A DNA stretch of 64,000 bases from Octopus vulgaris (taxonomy: Eukaryota). Shown piece by piece: positions 1 through 12,200 of this stretch. The position numbers and the translations under genes were made by a program. The stretch spans positions 1,178,001-1,242,000 of the forward strand of contig OX597816.1 of NCBI GenBank assembly GCA_951406725.2, in the 5' to 3' direction. Below the pieces are notes generated by a model that saw only the letters and a list, made by a program, of their open reading frames with translations, was not told the origin of the DNA and made no database searches. Each line of letters begins with the position of its first letter. The first letter of the stretch is position 1.

Positions 1-204
1 TGACATAGTGCTTAAAGTAAAAACCATATCAAAGGTCATGAAGGCCTTATAGGAACTAAACAACCGAAAACAACCAGGCAGCTTGATTTATGTTTTTTTT
101 TTCTTTTCTAGGAAAGAGGTTGGACCTTTTCTTTCATTCGTTTACTTCAGAACAGAAAGGCTGAGAGGGTGGCATTGGGTAAAAATAGTATCATTTTTCT
201 TGAG

Positions 205-400
205 GCCGATGCTATGGTAGAATCGTTGGAGCCTCGAAAAATGCCTCGTCGTATTTATTCCGAGTTTTTTTTTTCTTTCCTTTTTTACGTTTTCAGTTCA
301 ATTCCCGCCGAGTTCAAATTCGCTCTTTTCATCTTTTAGGGTCGATAGAAGAAAGTATCAATCAAATAATGTAGTGGATGGTGCCGACTAACCCCCATTT
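205..400 (+). mobile_element. Degenerate tRNA-derived SINE (family B)
   Basis: Contains ggtagaatcgtt...ttttacgttttcagttcaattcccgccgag...gggtcgatag, the same motif order as the reverse-strand copy at 4375-4582. Confidence 0.65.
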
Positions 401-621
401 TCTCAAAACTGTTGGAATTGTTTCAAAATCAGTGTGAGTGTGTGTGTGTGTGTGTGTATGTGTGTGTGCGTGCGTGTGTGTGTGTGTATATTCTCATTTC
501 TTTCCTTTCTTTCCCGTCCTCCCTCTTCACTTTCCTTCTTCTTTTCTGTTTGTCATATTTTTGCTATTTTAGAGTAAAATTCAGTTACGAGACAAAAAGC
601 AACAACAACAGCGACAGCCAT

Positions 622-720
622 GGCGGCGGCGGCGGAGGCGGCGGCGGCGGCGGCGGTGGCGGAGGCGGCGGCGGTGGCGGAGGCGGCGGCGGCGGAGGCG
701 GCGGAGGCGGCGGCGGCGGA
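622..720 (+). repeat. (GGC/GGA/GGT)n trinucleotide repeat
   Basis: Directly visible; source of the poly-Gly in ORF 412..729. Confidence 0.95.
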
Positions 721-945
721 AAAAACTAATAAAATGACGAAGCAATTGTTTGAGTGAACAGTGGCAACTATTGTTTATTTAATTAATTAAAGAAACAGAG
801 TTTAGGAAAAGGAAAATTCTAATTAAACAAAATTAAATGCAAGCAAAAGAAAACTAATTTGGATCCTTATTATATTTCTGTAACTTCGATGTTCTCCTTT
901 TGTTTTATTCCTTAATTTTGAAACGTTCACGGAAAATTATATCCA

Positions 946-1085
946 GTAAATACATAAATATATAAATACATAAATATATAAATATATAAATATATAAATA
1001 TATAAATATATAAATATATAAATATATAAATATATAAATATATAAATATATAAATATATAAATATATAAATATATAAATATATAG
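946..1085. repeat. (TATATAAA)n 8-mer tandem repeat
   Basis: Directly visible. Confidence 0.95.
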
Positions 1086-1568
1086 ATGAATATATACATA
1101 ACAGAATGGATTATGTTCTGACTCTTTAGATTGAGGATACGTGTTTATGTGAAGTAGAAAGGGCAAAATATGAAAAGTAATTTTGTAAGAGGAGAAAATG
1201 AAAACGTGCGCACTAAGTGGAATTCGAAACTGTGCCTTAGAGTCCCCTTATAACTCTAAACGTATCAACAATAACTGGCGGGTTCAAGTCCCACTGAGTG
1301 TTCACATTGTTATTTATTCTACTGAGTTCATCTGCCCTTTGACAGGTTTTGTTTTCCGTCCTGTAGTTGAGCACTGGGATCGATGTACTCGACTTAACCC
1401 CTCCTTTGGAACATCATAGGGTAATATCAAGAAATACGGCATACACACAAGAATTATAATTCAACATTTTTCTTCATCAAAATTTCTTGGTGCATATACA
1501 AAACGATTAAATGAAGACTAATTTTCAAAAGAATTAATACAATAACGACAAACAATGAATTTTATTTA

Positions 1569-2038
1569 CCGTAAATCCTCGAGTATAATCCGCATTTTCC
1601 ACCGCAAAATTTAAAGGTCAAAATCCCTAGTGCGTACTATATACGAGGTTAAAAATGAAAAATATTTTCTAAGCAATGTCTGAGTCTCTATTTGCTATCC
1701 GGCAATGTTTATTCAGACGCATTTTGAGATGTCGGGCGCGAAAATACCTTAAGCTATGCCTGAAAGCAATGAAGTCATAAAAGAATCATCCATAACTTGC
1801 AGTAAGCAACATTTATTAAACGTTATTGCTGTTATTTCTTTATTTTCTGCAAACAAAATGCACAAAGAAGCTACACGTTTGCATTATGTTATATATACAA
1901 TAATAATAAAGGACGTTACTGTATACGTTTTTACAAACCAAGGACGTTATAAAGATCTCCTTGACTCAAGTTAGAGAAGGGGTCTAAAAATCTCCTGCGT
2001 ATAATAATCAAGGGCGGACTATACTCGAGGATTTACGG
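1569..2038. mobile_element. Tc1/mariner-superfamily MITE (Tc2/pogo-like CCGTA ends)
   Basis: 25-bp TIRs ccgtaaatcctcgagtataatccgc / gcggactatactcgaggatttacgg (1 mismatch), TA on both sides (1567-1568, 2039-2040), no coding capacity. Confidence 0.92.
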
Positions 2039-2112
2039 TACATGTCATGGTTTTAGAAATAAACTGACAATTGTTCTTTTGACCAAACATTGTACTTCTA
2101 CAGACAGTAGAA

Positions 2113-2296
2113 GTGTGACAAGGTTGGCCTTTTGAAATACAGGTACAACAGAAACAAAGAGTGAGAGAAAGTTGTTCCCCCCGTGGAGCTTTAAGTGTTT
2201 TCGCTCAATAAACACTCACAGCGTCCGGTCTGGGAATCGAAGCCGCGATCCTACGGCCGCGAGTCCGCTGCCCTAACCACTAGGCCATTGCGCCTC
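2113..2296 (-). mobile_element. tRNA-derived SINE (family C)
   Basis: Minus strand begins gaggcgcaatggcctagtggttagggc...gcttcgattcccagaccgg: Pol III A-box and B-box. Confidence 0.8.
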
Positions 2297-3107
2297 TGCA
2301 CTTCAACTACACAAAAGAATAGACAAGTATTCGTTTTTTTATTCTATTATTCTTTTATTCTTTTACTGGTTTCAGTCAATGGGTTACGTCCGTGCTGGGG
2401 CAACGCCTTCAAAAGTTTTAGTCAATTATATAATTGTTGTTTAGTAATTGTATTACCAACAGCTTAAAGGTAAAACGCAAAGTCGATTTCAGGTACCAGA
2501 CCGATCAGGAACGTAACATAGCACAAAGTACTTTAGTTCGACGCATCGGTTTTCCATCTCCCGTCAATATATTGCCAATCCCACTATACACACACGTGCA
2601 TCATCAACGGCATCATCAGATGGCATGCTGAAATATATAATATCCGAGCGTGTACAAGTCTTGAATATTCATGAGCCAGATACCAACCAATGAAAGTTAA
2701 GAGGAAGAAAGAGGGGAGGGGTGGCGTGCGACAATAACCTGGCTAGTCAGAAATAGAGACAAATGTGGAAAGGAGTCCATCGGTTTAAGTTACGAAGTTG
2801 TGGTCACAGTGATGGTCACATGAAAGGAGGTCATTAGAATAAACTGACCAGGACTGTAAGAAAGTGCAAGAAATAAAAAAACAAAAATAGAAAGAAAAAA
2901 GAAACGAATTAAGTTACAATGGTACAGGAAATATAAAGACAAAATAACGATAATAAGTGTAAACGTATACAAAAGGCGATAAAACCCACAGAATCAAAGA
3001 GAGTCTGAGGATGTGCGGTGGAGAAGAAGGCGAGAAACAGGATTCTTCGGGTTGTAACCACTTCAGCAATTAGGTTATTAAGGGTTTAAGGAAAAGCAAA
3101 TAAGAAC

Positions 3108-3108
<1 letters not shown>

Positions 3109-3184
<76 letters not shown>

Positions 3185-3188
3185 TACA
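3109..3188. repeat. (TA)n(CA)n compound microsatellite
   Basis: Directly visible. Confidence 0.95.
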
Positions 3189-3445
3189 TACATTGCCGAG
3201 CTCAAGCGCACATAAGTACACACGCGCACGCATATATATAAGTACATATACACAAATAATAATACATGCACACACATACACACGTATGTGCGCGTGTACA
3301 GACATTTGCACACTAGCACGCTCACACCTAATCACATGGAGTAACATGTATATACATATACACATACACATGAGCGTTGATATTGTGCATATGCTAACAG
3401 TAGCAATGTCACTGAAGTCCAAATTGAATAAGAATGACGATAATA

Positions 3446-3624
<179 letters not shown>

Positions 3625-3625
3625 A

Positions 3626-4372
3626 TTAATTTCTTTTATTGGCCACAAGGGCATAGATGAGGGTGACATCACAAAGACAGACAACAATTTATGTAGGGAT
3701 TTACATAAAGGTTAGGGAGGAAGAAATGGAAAAGTCGGTGAAATGTGATAAAAGTATACATAAAAAAAAACCCAGAGTATGTAATAGCGTGAATGATGCA
3801 GTCCTCCTGATACAGGAAGTGGTCCAGCAAGGAACCCCACAGATCAACGATTACTCTGGTCACCAAAGTCAGGTGCGCCTTCCCAACTGTTGCCCTCCAC
3901 TGGGAAGTTGCACTTTCCTCTTTACACTCACTTTCCTTTTCAGAAGGAACTTTAAAAAGTTGATGAAGACTTAAGTGCCTTGATCTTTTAGCCTCTTTCG
4001 CCATAGCAACAAGGCAGAAGAACACCGCCTGCCCTGCCTTGTTAAAGATGGGGCGTGGGGCGATCCTCACGATTGATTTGGTCAGTGGACAGATTCGTCC
4101 CACATGCGATAACAGCTGTTCGATATAAGTCCACATGTTAGCAATACTCAGAGACACTGCACGAGTGCGTGTAGAACGCGCTCTGCGTGCATTCCAGACA
4201 GTCCCGCCTGACAACGTTTCCACATCTAAAGAATTTATCTGAAACTGACAGTGCCCAGCTGTAGCACTGTCAGACCAGACATTTCTGGAAGTTATCGATG
4301 GTAGTACCGGATTGGAAAGTCCTCCGAAACAGACCAGCAAGTTCATCCTCGTCGATGCCTTACCCACCACTA
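3626..4372 (-). mobile_element. L1/Tx1-like LINE 3' fragment, frameshifted
   Basis: Minus translation WTYIEQLLSHVGRI...IVRIAP...GQAVFFCLVAMAKEA; homologous to 20140-20760 and 21330-22350; shares the 3' end gccc.tg.tggc.aataaaagaaat. Confidence 0.8.
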
Positions 4373-4374
4373 GA

Positions 4375-4582
4375 CTTCTTCCACTATAGGCACAAGGCCG
4401 GAAATTTTGATCGGGATGGGCTTGTCAGCTACATCGACCTTTAGACTCAACTGGTATTTATTTCATCGACCCTGAAAGGATGACAGGCAACCTCAGCGGA
4501 ATTTGAACTCAGAACTTAAATACGGACGTAATGCCATTCAGTATTTTGTTCGGTGTGCTAGCGATTCTGCCAGCTCGCCTCC
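4375..4582 (-). mobile_element. tRNA-derived SINE (family B)
   Basis: Minus strand ggaggcgagctggcagaatcgctagc...ttctgagttcaaattccgc...gggtcgatgaaataaataccag. Confidence 0.85.
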
Positions 4583-4824
4583 TTGACAACAATAATATTA
4601 ATAATAATAGTTATTCTATTACAGTATAATAATAATAATAATAATAATAGTATTAACAATTGTGGTGATACTGATACTAATAGCAAAAAAGTCAAATAGT
4701 AGACAGGAAGAAAGTAACATGCGACTAAAAAAAATCAAATAATGATGATGAATAATGATAGTAATATTGATAACGATAGTGACAATCATAATGATGATGA
4801 CGATGACGACGACGATAATAATAT

Positions 4825-5045
4825 TGCCCGAAAAGAAGTGGAAAAACTATCAATATACAAGGCCCTTGAAATTGAAATATTCAAGAGGTGGGGTATGAGA
4901 GTGAAAACAATAACACTTAGTAATTGGAGCATTAGGCATGTTTAAAAAATATTATAGAAACTATACCGGGGTTCACAACACTACACATTGTCTAAAAAAA
5001 TAGTTCTTCAAGGAAGAGCTTACAGTTTGTGCAGGACACCTACGA
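4825..5045 (+). mobile_element. R4/Dong-like non-LTR retrotransposon, REL-endonuclease C-terminal remnant
   Basis: ARKEVEKLSIYKALEIEIFKRWGMRVKT then (frameshift) VIGALG; matches the K..KY..L / IGALG end of REL domains. Confidence 0.75.
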
Positions 5046-6059
5046 TTTCAACAGAATAGCTGAAGTAGAAAAAGCTTCTCACACAACACACTTCCTATAT
5101 AATAAACAACTAATAATCTAAAACAACACAAGCTCATGTGACATATACTTTACAAGATTAAGGCCCAATAAAATAACACAACTCACATTACACACACCAC
5201 GCACAGCAGAACAAACACTAATATAACAAGAGACTAAACCCCTAACAAAACAAACGGTACACCAACAGGAATTGATGTACCCCCCTGACCCAAAGAAAAA
5301 TAAGTCAATGCTGCATACACCCCAGGAATACGGCAATGAACCAGGTAATGCATTAGAAACTCGCATGAACCTATTGAAGAGGAATAAAAAAGTAGACTGT
5401 GGAGATAAAGGCAGCGTTGATGACAGGCGAAACGTCAAAGGCTATGGTACTGATAATTTAAGGAACAACAATGTAAGGGTAGAAGGTATATTAAAGATAT
5501 CAATAACGAAGACACAAACATTGAATGTAAATGGTCGGGAGTAGGAAAAAGGTTTTCGGGTAGGAATGACTGCTGTAGGATGATGTTGGTCACAACGATT
5601 CAAGAATTAGGTGTTCAACACTTATATTAATAGGAAGAAGGATGGAGGAGTTCAAAGGTAAGTCAAGAATAATTATGGAAGTATTAGAAAAGGTCTTCAC
5701 ATGAAAATCCTTTATTAACATATAGGAACGACTTAAGTGCTAATGAAGGGAATGGAAGTCACCCTAAGAAAAGCGATTATCTGGTGTGGTTGTGAAATAA
5801 ATATCTTAAGTGGTGTCTACAATTAATAACTAATAATATAATTTCTAATTACTTATTGATTTTAATTATTGATTGCAGAAACAATCGTGATGAAATACCA
5901 ACAATCTGCTTCCTGTTGTTCTTTCGAACTCTTATAATTCTTCATATTACGTATCAATACCAAATTGTATGAATGTTCCATCTACTCGATCCTGCATCTA
6001 TCATTCGAAGCTAAGCTGCACCCTTATACAGTAATTTGCCGCGCACTTAATACATCTAC

Positions 6060-6114
<55 letters not shown>

Positions 6115-6441
6115 TCGTTTATGCATAACACACTGCATATTAGAAAATCTAAGGTAAATTTAAAACCAGACTTTTTAAACCTTTCGCAGAGGAACATTGA
6201 ACTGATGTAAATACATCTTGTTATCCTTTATGAACAGAGAAAAACAAAGGAGATTGTTCTCACATGATTCATTGTACATAGACATATCCAAAAGACAATT
6301 ACCTCCTTATTTTTCTACCCGAGGAGAACTTAATGAAAATAGCTAGTTTACATCAAAGTGTAATCTATTATAGCCTCGGGCCGAGCAAACCCTTGTGAAT
6401 GGATTCGATAAACGGAAACTGAAAGAAGCCCATCGTACACG

Positions 6442-6514
<73 letters not shown>

Positions 6515-7059
6515 AATGAAAGACGGAAGATGGAATATACGAGAATTTATTATTAATGACGACAATTGTTTCGACACATCCAGCATCGATCCCTCATGGG
6601 TGAGACACTCAACAACTGGTTCAGGAGCATCCGGTGGTGCAGATGTATCTCATGGGGTGATAAATGAATACACTCGTTAAAATAACCGCAATGTAACTTC
6701 TCGTTTTGTAGAAAGAAAAGCAGCCAGACGGAGGAAATATCTTCATTGAATATACAAGATTAAAAATAAAATCACAGACGGCAAAAAGAGAAACAAACAC
6801 GCAATCCAGCGAGAAAAGTTAAAGATAACCGTTAACAAATATGGATGTATAAACGTCCTCGGGCTCGCTGCATGGCGCGAGTACACTCGCTCATACAAGC
6901 ATCTGCAAAAATGTGAGCATACGCACACGTGAGGTTGTTAGTGCACTCATGATCACAAAGCGAATTACCTATCTACTTGGTGTTTGTTAGAAAGTAGACT
7001 TAAGTCATCCATACCTAAAGTAAATTAAATTATGTTCACAGTTACTCAAAATTCATTCA

Positions 7060-7365
7060 CACTGCATTGTATATGCGTTCTACATTTATATGTGTGTAGG
7101 CATCTCGAGAATCGATCAGAAATCCTATTAATGATCTTCTCGTTATTCCACAGAGTAGACAGGGATTCCTCGGAGCAGAGACGGCATCTCCTGGAAATTA
7201 TATTGTATGGTTTCGCGTGCCTTACTATGGACCAATTAATGCTGTACTTCGTTTTATCCTCCATCAACCGCCATACAAAATCTACGAAAGATGTTGAATG
7301 TCTCTTATTGAATCTCTTGAAGCTGGCAACATGGTTGCGATAACGATTCTTAAATGATGCCACGC
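7060..7365 (-). mobile_element. Penelope-like element GIY-YIG endonuclease C-terminal remnant
   Basis: ORF 7046..7363: FKNRYRNHVASFK...FVWRLMEDKTKYSINWSIVRHAKPY...RRCRLCSEE, typical of the PLE endonuclease tail. Confidence 0.85.
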
Positions 7366-7610
7366 AAGAGTAACGTTCCTTGATTCATCGTTTTATTCAC
7401 GTGAATTCACGAGAATCTCTACAAACTAAATGAGGCTGTTTTCCAAAATGGAAGAGAACACCTTTATCCATGTGACCAGCTTGAAAAATTGTTAAGACAT
7501 TAGGATATTTTCCTATTTTTCTTAACATGAAACCAATGGTAGCCTTAATTCACAAATAAAGAAATTATATTCACCAATGAGCACTGATTTTCATCGTTCG
7601 ACATTTACGT

Positions 7611-7643
<33 letters not shown>

Positions 7644-7651
7644 TACACACG

Positions 7652-7800
7652 AATAAGCACATAATGCAAAACAAGGTGGAAAAAGTAGTTCTCGAATAGC
7701 GAAGGTAGAGTAACATGCTTTCTTATTAAAGCTTCAAAAACATCACAAAACTGTTACTCAGAGTTTCACGTGTTTCCGTTCGTCGGACAGTTGCAATCAA
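7652..7800 (-). mobile_element. Penelope-like pseudo-LTR remnant beside a (CA)n tract
   Basis: Homologous in opposite orientation to 11855-11937 (aaacaaggt.gaaaaa.tagt.ctcgaata.c..aggtagagtaa.atgcttt); contains a hammerhead motif. Confidence 0.65.
7749..7792 (-). ncRNA. Minimal type I hammerhead ribozyme motif (U4C core variant)
   Basis: Minus strand AACUGU-CCGACGA-ACG(GAAACA)CGU-GAA-ACUC(U)GAGU-A-ACAGUU: 6-bp stem I, 3-bp stem II, 4-bp stem III, GUA cleavage triplet. Confidence 0.75.
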
Positions 7801-8255
7801 AACTGGGTTTCGATGATGTATTTGTAACGTTGTATTTCTAATGCAGCACTCAATCCGAACGAAAGGCTACGTACAGTCTTGCATTGAGTCTCAAGAAAGA
7901 TCGAAATTCTGCTGGTATAGAAAGTGCAGGTCTTACGCCGGTAAATCCCATGTGTAGGTCTTGCGAAGAGTAAAATATGATCTAAATAAGAAGACGGAAT
8001 TTAGCACATCCTTAATGGCTGGTCATTAAAAGATGGGCTAAATACTCTTTCCATTCTCATTTGGATTATATATATATATATATGTATATCTTACGTGTTT
8101 GTGTGTGCATACGTTTATGCATGTGTGCTTCCTCGCGCATGTGAATCATGTATTAACGTGTATATTTTACATTTAAAAGAGAACACACACTATAGCACCT
8201 AAATGCACAAATGTGCACAATCACGCACATGCACGCGCGCACATACACACACAAA

Positions 8256-8258
<3 letters not shown>

Positions 8259-8348
<90 letters not shown>
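8259..8348. repeat. (CA)n microsatellite
   Basis: Directly visible. Confidence 0.95.
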
Positions 8349-8351
<3 letters not shown>

Positions 8352-9553
8352 TAATAAAGATATAGTATAATCCGTTTTAGTTTTTCGTAGTCGACCAATT
8401 TTTATCGAGAAATTTCTCGGTAGACAAAAACAAGAATTATTGCTGAAGATAAATCCTGGCTGCTAGTCACAGAATGAAGAAAGTCGACGACTGCGGCGAG
8501 GCTTTGCCTGGGGAACAGTAAACGGTGGAGGCTGTAAAGTTTGGTTGTTTTCTTTATTGCACCACCTCCCAACTCTCATCACTTTCAGGCTATTTATATT
8601 TTATTTTATTATCTGGCAAGAAAAAAGAAAAAAAAAACTTTTTTGTTGTTGTTGTTGTTGTTTAGTTTTCTCACACAAATTTAAAAAAAAACTCGAGTGC
8701 AAACTTTGCTCTTGTACAAGTGCAACGCCATAGACAGACGGATCAGAATGTGTGTGTGCGTGTGCATGCATGCGTGTGTGTGCGAGTGCGTGTGCGTGTG
8801 TGTGTGTGTGTGTGCTTGTGTTTGTTTTTTCGTGTATTTGAGTGTACGTGTGCGTAATATGCTTGTAGTATGTGTGCGTAGTATGCATGCGTGTGTGCTC
8901 ATGCGTGTGTATATGTGAGTCTGAGAATTTGTCTCTGTGTGTTTGTGTGTGTGTGAGTGCGCTAGTATGCCTATGTTTGCGTTCACGTGTGTATGATGTA
9001 TGTATATGTGTGTGTGTTTGTGTGTGTGTTATGGAAGAATAACTACAGCCATTGTAAAGAAATAACACAAGGATTAATTATTTTGAGTAAATAATAGAAT
9101 GAAAGAAAAACTCTATAAAAAAATTACCGGGCAATTAATTAATTGTTATTCATTCATTATTCATGAGAAAGTTCCAGTCGGTTTAGACTAAACACGGGGC
9201 TTGAGGAGTTGAGAGGAACTGAAAGAAAATATTGACATTGACCAAATGTATTTGGCCATGAACTGAGGTAAATTTTTCACGAACCAAACACGACTACATT
9301 TTCTATAACGCAAAAAAAAAAAGAAAGAAAAAAACTTGTTTGAAATAAGATGTTGATCCATCGCAAGGTAACTAACATATTTTTTAGTAAATCTCGTGGA
9401 GTTAAATAAAATGCCTTACTGAAACGCCTGCAGTAAGATTAAAGTCTCGGTCTTTGAGTTGGTCATTTAATAACTTATCCTCTTGTCCAATACAACGCCA
9501 TGTTGCTTATTATCAAACATATCTGAAGTCATCTGGACCTCATAATAAAATTG

Positions 9554-9606
9554 TATATATATATATATATATATACATATATATATACATATATATATAT
9601 ATATAC

Positions 9607-9676
<70 letters not shown>

Positions 9677-10011
9677 TAATAAATATTAGGGAATAAATCC
9701 CAAACTTACAGGGAAAAATCAGATTTAGGATTGAATCCAATTTTATAGTAAAATATTATATTATATTAAATTAGAGACAAAACCACTATTAGGCAAATCA
9801 AACAATGAAAAACTTAAGCCAATACATAAGATTAATTTATATTATTTAAATATATAACAAAATTATTAAAAAAATTAATTAATGATATTTTTTTAATAAT
9901 TTTGTTATATATTTAAATAATATAAATTAATCATATGTATTGGCTTAAGTTTTTCATTGTTTGATTTGCCTAATAGTGGTTTTGTCTCTAATTTAATATA
10001 ATATATATACA

Positions 10012-10092
<81 letters not shown>
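9554..10092. mobile_element. Fold-back element (arms ~9757-9875 / 9887-10005) embedded in a (TA)n tract
   Basis: About 119-bp arms with one mismatch visible by eye, 11-bp spacer, (TA)n on both sides. Confidence 0.85.
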
Positions 10093-10096
<4 letters not shown>

Positions 10097-10098
<2 letters not shown>

Positions 10099-10540
10099 AT
10101 TTAGCACAGTACGCCCATGAGATATTATCTCCGGACTAATACCGCAGTTAATTTGGGGTTTTGTGATGTATTTGCATTAAGTATGATACACAGTTGTTTA
10201 TTCTAATCTAATTCTGTTTTTGTTACACATAACGCGGATTTTTATTCAGCCAATCGGCTAATTACAATGCCAGTGATATTTCAATCACTGTTTTTCTTTA
10301 TCAGTGACAATGGATTTTGTCTTATCCTGCAGTTGCCAGTGGGTACATACTGCTGACGAAACACAAAGAGACAGAAATGCACAACTGACATTCTCACTAC
10401 AATTGTTGGATGGTTTTAATCTGCTATTGATATATTTGCAGTATTTAACACGGAACGTCCGCAAGAGATATCATCTCCGGACGAAAACCACAGATAATTT
10501 GGCTTCTCGTGATGTGTTTGCAATAAGTATGTTACACAGA
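10097..10540. repeat. Diverged direct repeat, period ~344 bp
   Basis: 10097-10192 aligns with 10441-10540 (gagatat.atctccggac...aatttgg...gtgatgt.tttgca.taagtatg.tacacag). Confidence 0.75.
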
Positions 10541-10752
10541 CGGCAAAATATGTTTTTTTATTAAATGAACGGGGGCAGTAGAGTAAAATAAGGAGGCGAT
10601 GAATTATCGTAAAATACAGTTAAAACATTATTTTAACATTGCTTCATATTTTCAAATATGATTGCGCGCTGTGTGCGTGTGAGTGTGTGTGTGTAGATAT
10701 AGATATATAGATATATATGTACACACATATATATACACATATATATATATAC

Positions 10753-10792
<40 letters not shown>

Positions 10793-10870
10793 ATACATAT
10801 ATACAAATACATAAACACACACACATATATATACATACATATATATATATATGCACACACACACAGATGC

Positions 10871-11580
10871 ATATATGGGTACAGGACATCACCAAACAGT
10901 AAACAACATGAAATACGAAAGCAAATGAGTTCAATACACGAGAAACAAATGGAAAACAGGACCAGTAGCATAAGGAACGACCCTTCATCAGTTGTCGGCT
11001 GTCTATCTACACCCCATTTCGAGCATTGAACGACAATATTAGTCTTCGGTCTCTCTCTCTCTCTCTCTCCCTCCCTCTTTCCCTCTCCCTCTCTTCGTTT
11101 CTCTCTCCCTCTCTCTCTCGTTGCTCACACGTAACCATCATCAATTTTCCTCTTCCTCACGTAATCATCTTTCTTTTCTTTCACGACAGCACGTATCCCA
11201 TCTCTCATATCTTTTCTCTTGTCAAAGAAAATTCTACTCCAGCGTTCACTATTTTCTACCCTCGTTCTGGTCCAGCAGTCCTCCATATTTGTTTTCATTC
11301 GGTTTCTTTGTATGTCTCTACTGTTCTGATTTTGTTCCCAACTTTGACCCTCCATAAGTCCCAAATTTTTTTTGGGTACGTAAGGGAGCAACTGTCTTCG
11401 AAGACTCATATTGTCGTTCAGTGCTCGAAATGGGGAGTAGACAGACAGCCGACGACTGATGAAGGGTCGTTCTTTATGTTACTTGCCCTGTTTTCTATTT
11501 GTTTCTCTCGTTTGCGTATTGAATTCATTTGCTTTCGCATTTCATGTTGTTTACTGTTTGGTGACGTCCTGTACCCATGT

Positions 11581-11583
<3 letters not shown>
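10871..11583. mobile_element. Fold-back element (arms 10871-11048 / 11399-11583) between TA/CA tracts, PLE pseudo-LTR-like
   Basis: About 180-bp inverted arms; ORFs 10644..10988(-) and 11459..11833(+) both begin MKGRSLCY, confirming the inversion. Confidence 0.88.
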
Positions 11584-11645
<62 letters not shown>

Positions 11646-11665
11646 TGTATATATATACACACATG

Positions 11666-11697
<32 letters not shown>

Positions 11698-11854
11698 TGT
11701 ATGTATGTATGTATTTATTTATGTATGTATATATATATACACATATATGCATATATATATGTACTGTTTATATTATTTCATTGAATGCCACGCATCCATT
11801 TCCAAGTACACACACACACACACATATATATAGCTTAAACGCTGCCCGATAGTT

Positions 11855-11941
11855 ATTAATAAAGCATATTACTCTACCTCCGGTATTCGAGTACTATTTT
11901 TTTCTACCTTGTTTCACATTTATGTACTCACTCTGGCAATT

Positions 11942-12016
<75 letters not shown>

Positions 12017-12200
12017 AGAGTAAGCAGAAATGAGTTTCAACATTAAGGGTGTTGAATTATTAGCGAAGTGAAAATAGAAGAGAGCGTTAATTTAAGGTTA
12101 AAACTCACTAATTTCCAGACAAGTGTCGATGCAATAACTAGTATTCAATTAGTAAGCACATATTTCACGTCAAATATTCCGACTTCATCAAAGTAATCGA
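11855..12200. mobile_element. PLE pseudo-LTR-like remnants facing each other across a (TA)n tract
   Basis: actctggca (ending ~11938) / tgccagagt (starting 12013) inverted ends flank the TA run; left part homologous to 7652-7730. Confidence 0.55.

Noticed and set aside
412-729. Poly-Gly ORF / G-rich tract
   Set aside because: Non-ATG start, crosses a GT microsatellite and stops right after the GGC run; no splice context.
5300-5700. Possible CR1-like LINE relic on the minus strand
   Set aside because: No unambiguous motif could be read.
11026-11784. Longest ORF (252 aa)
   Set aside because: Runs through a CT repeat, a fold-back arm and TA/TATG tracts; not protein-like.
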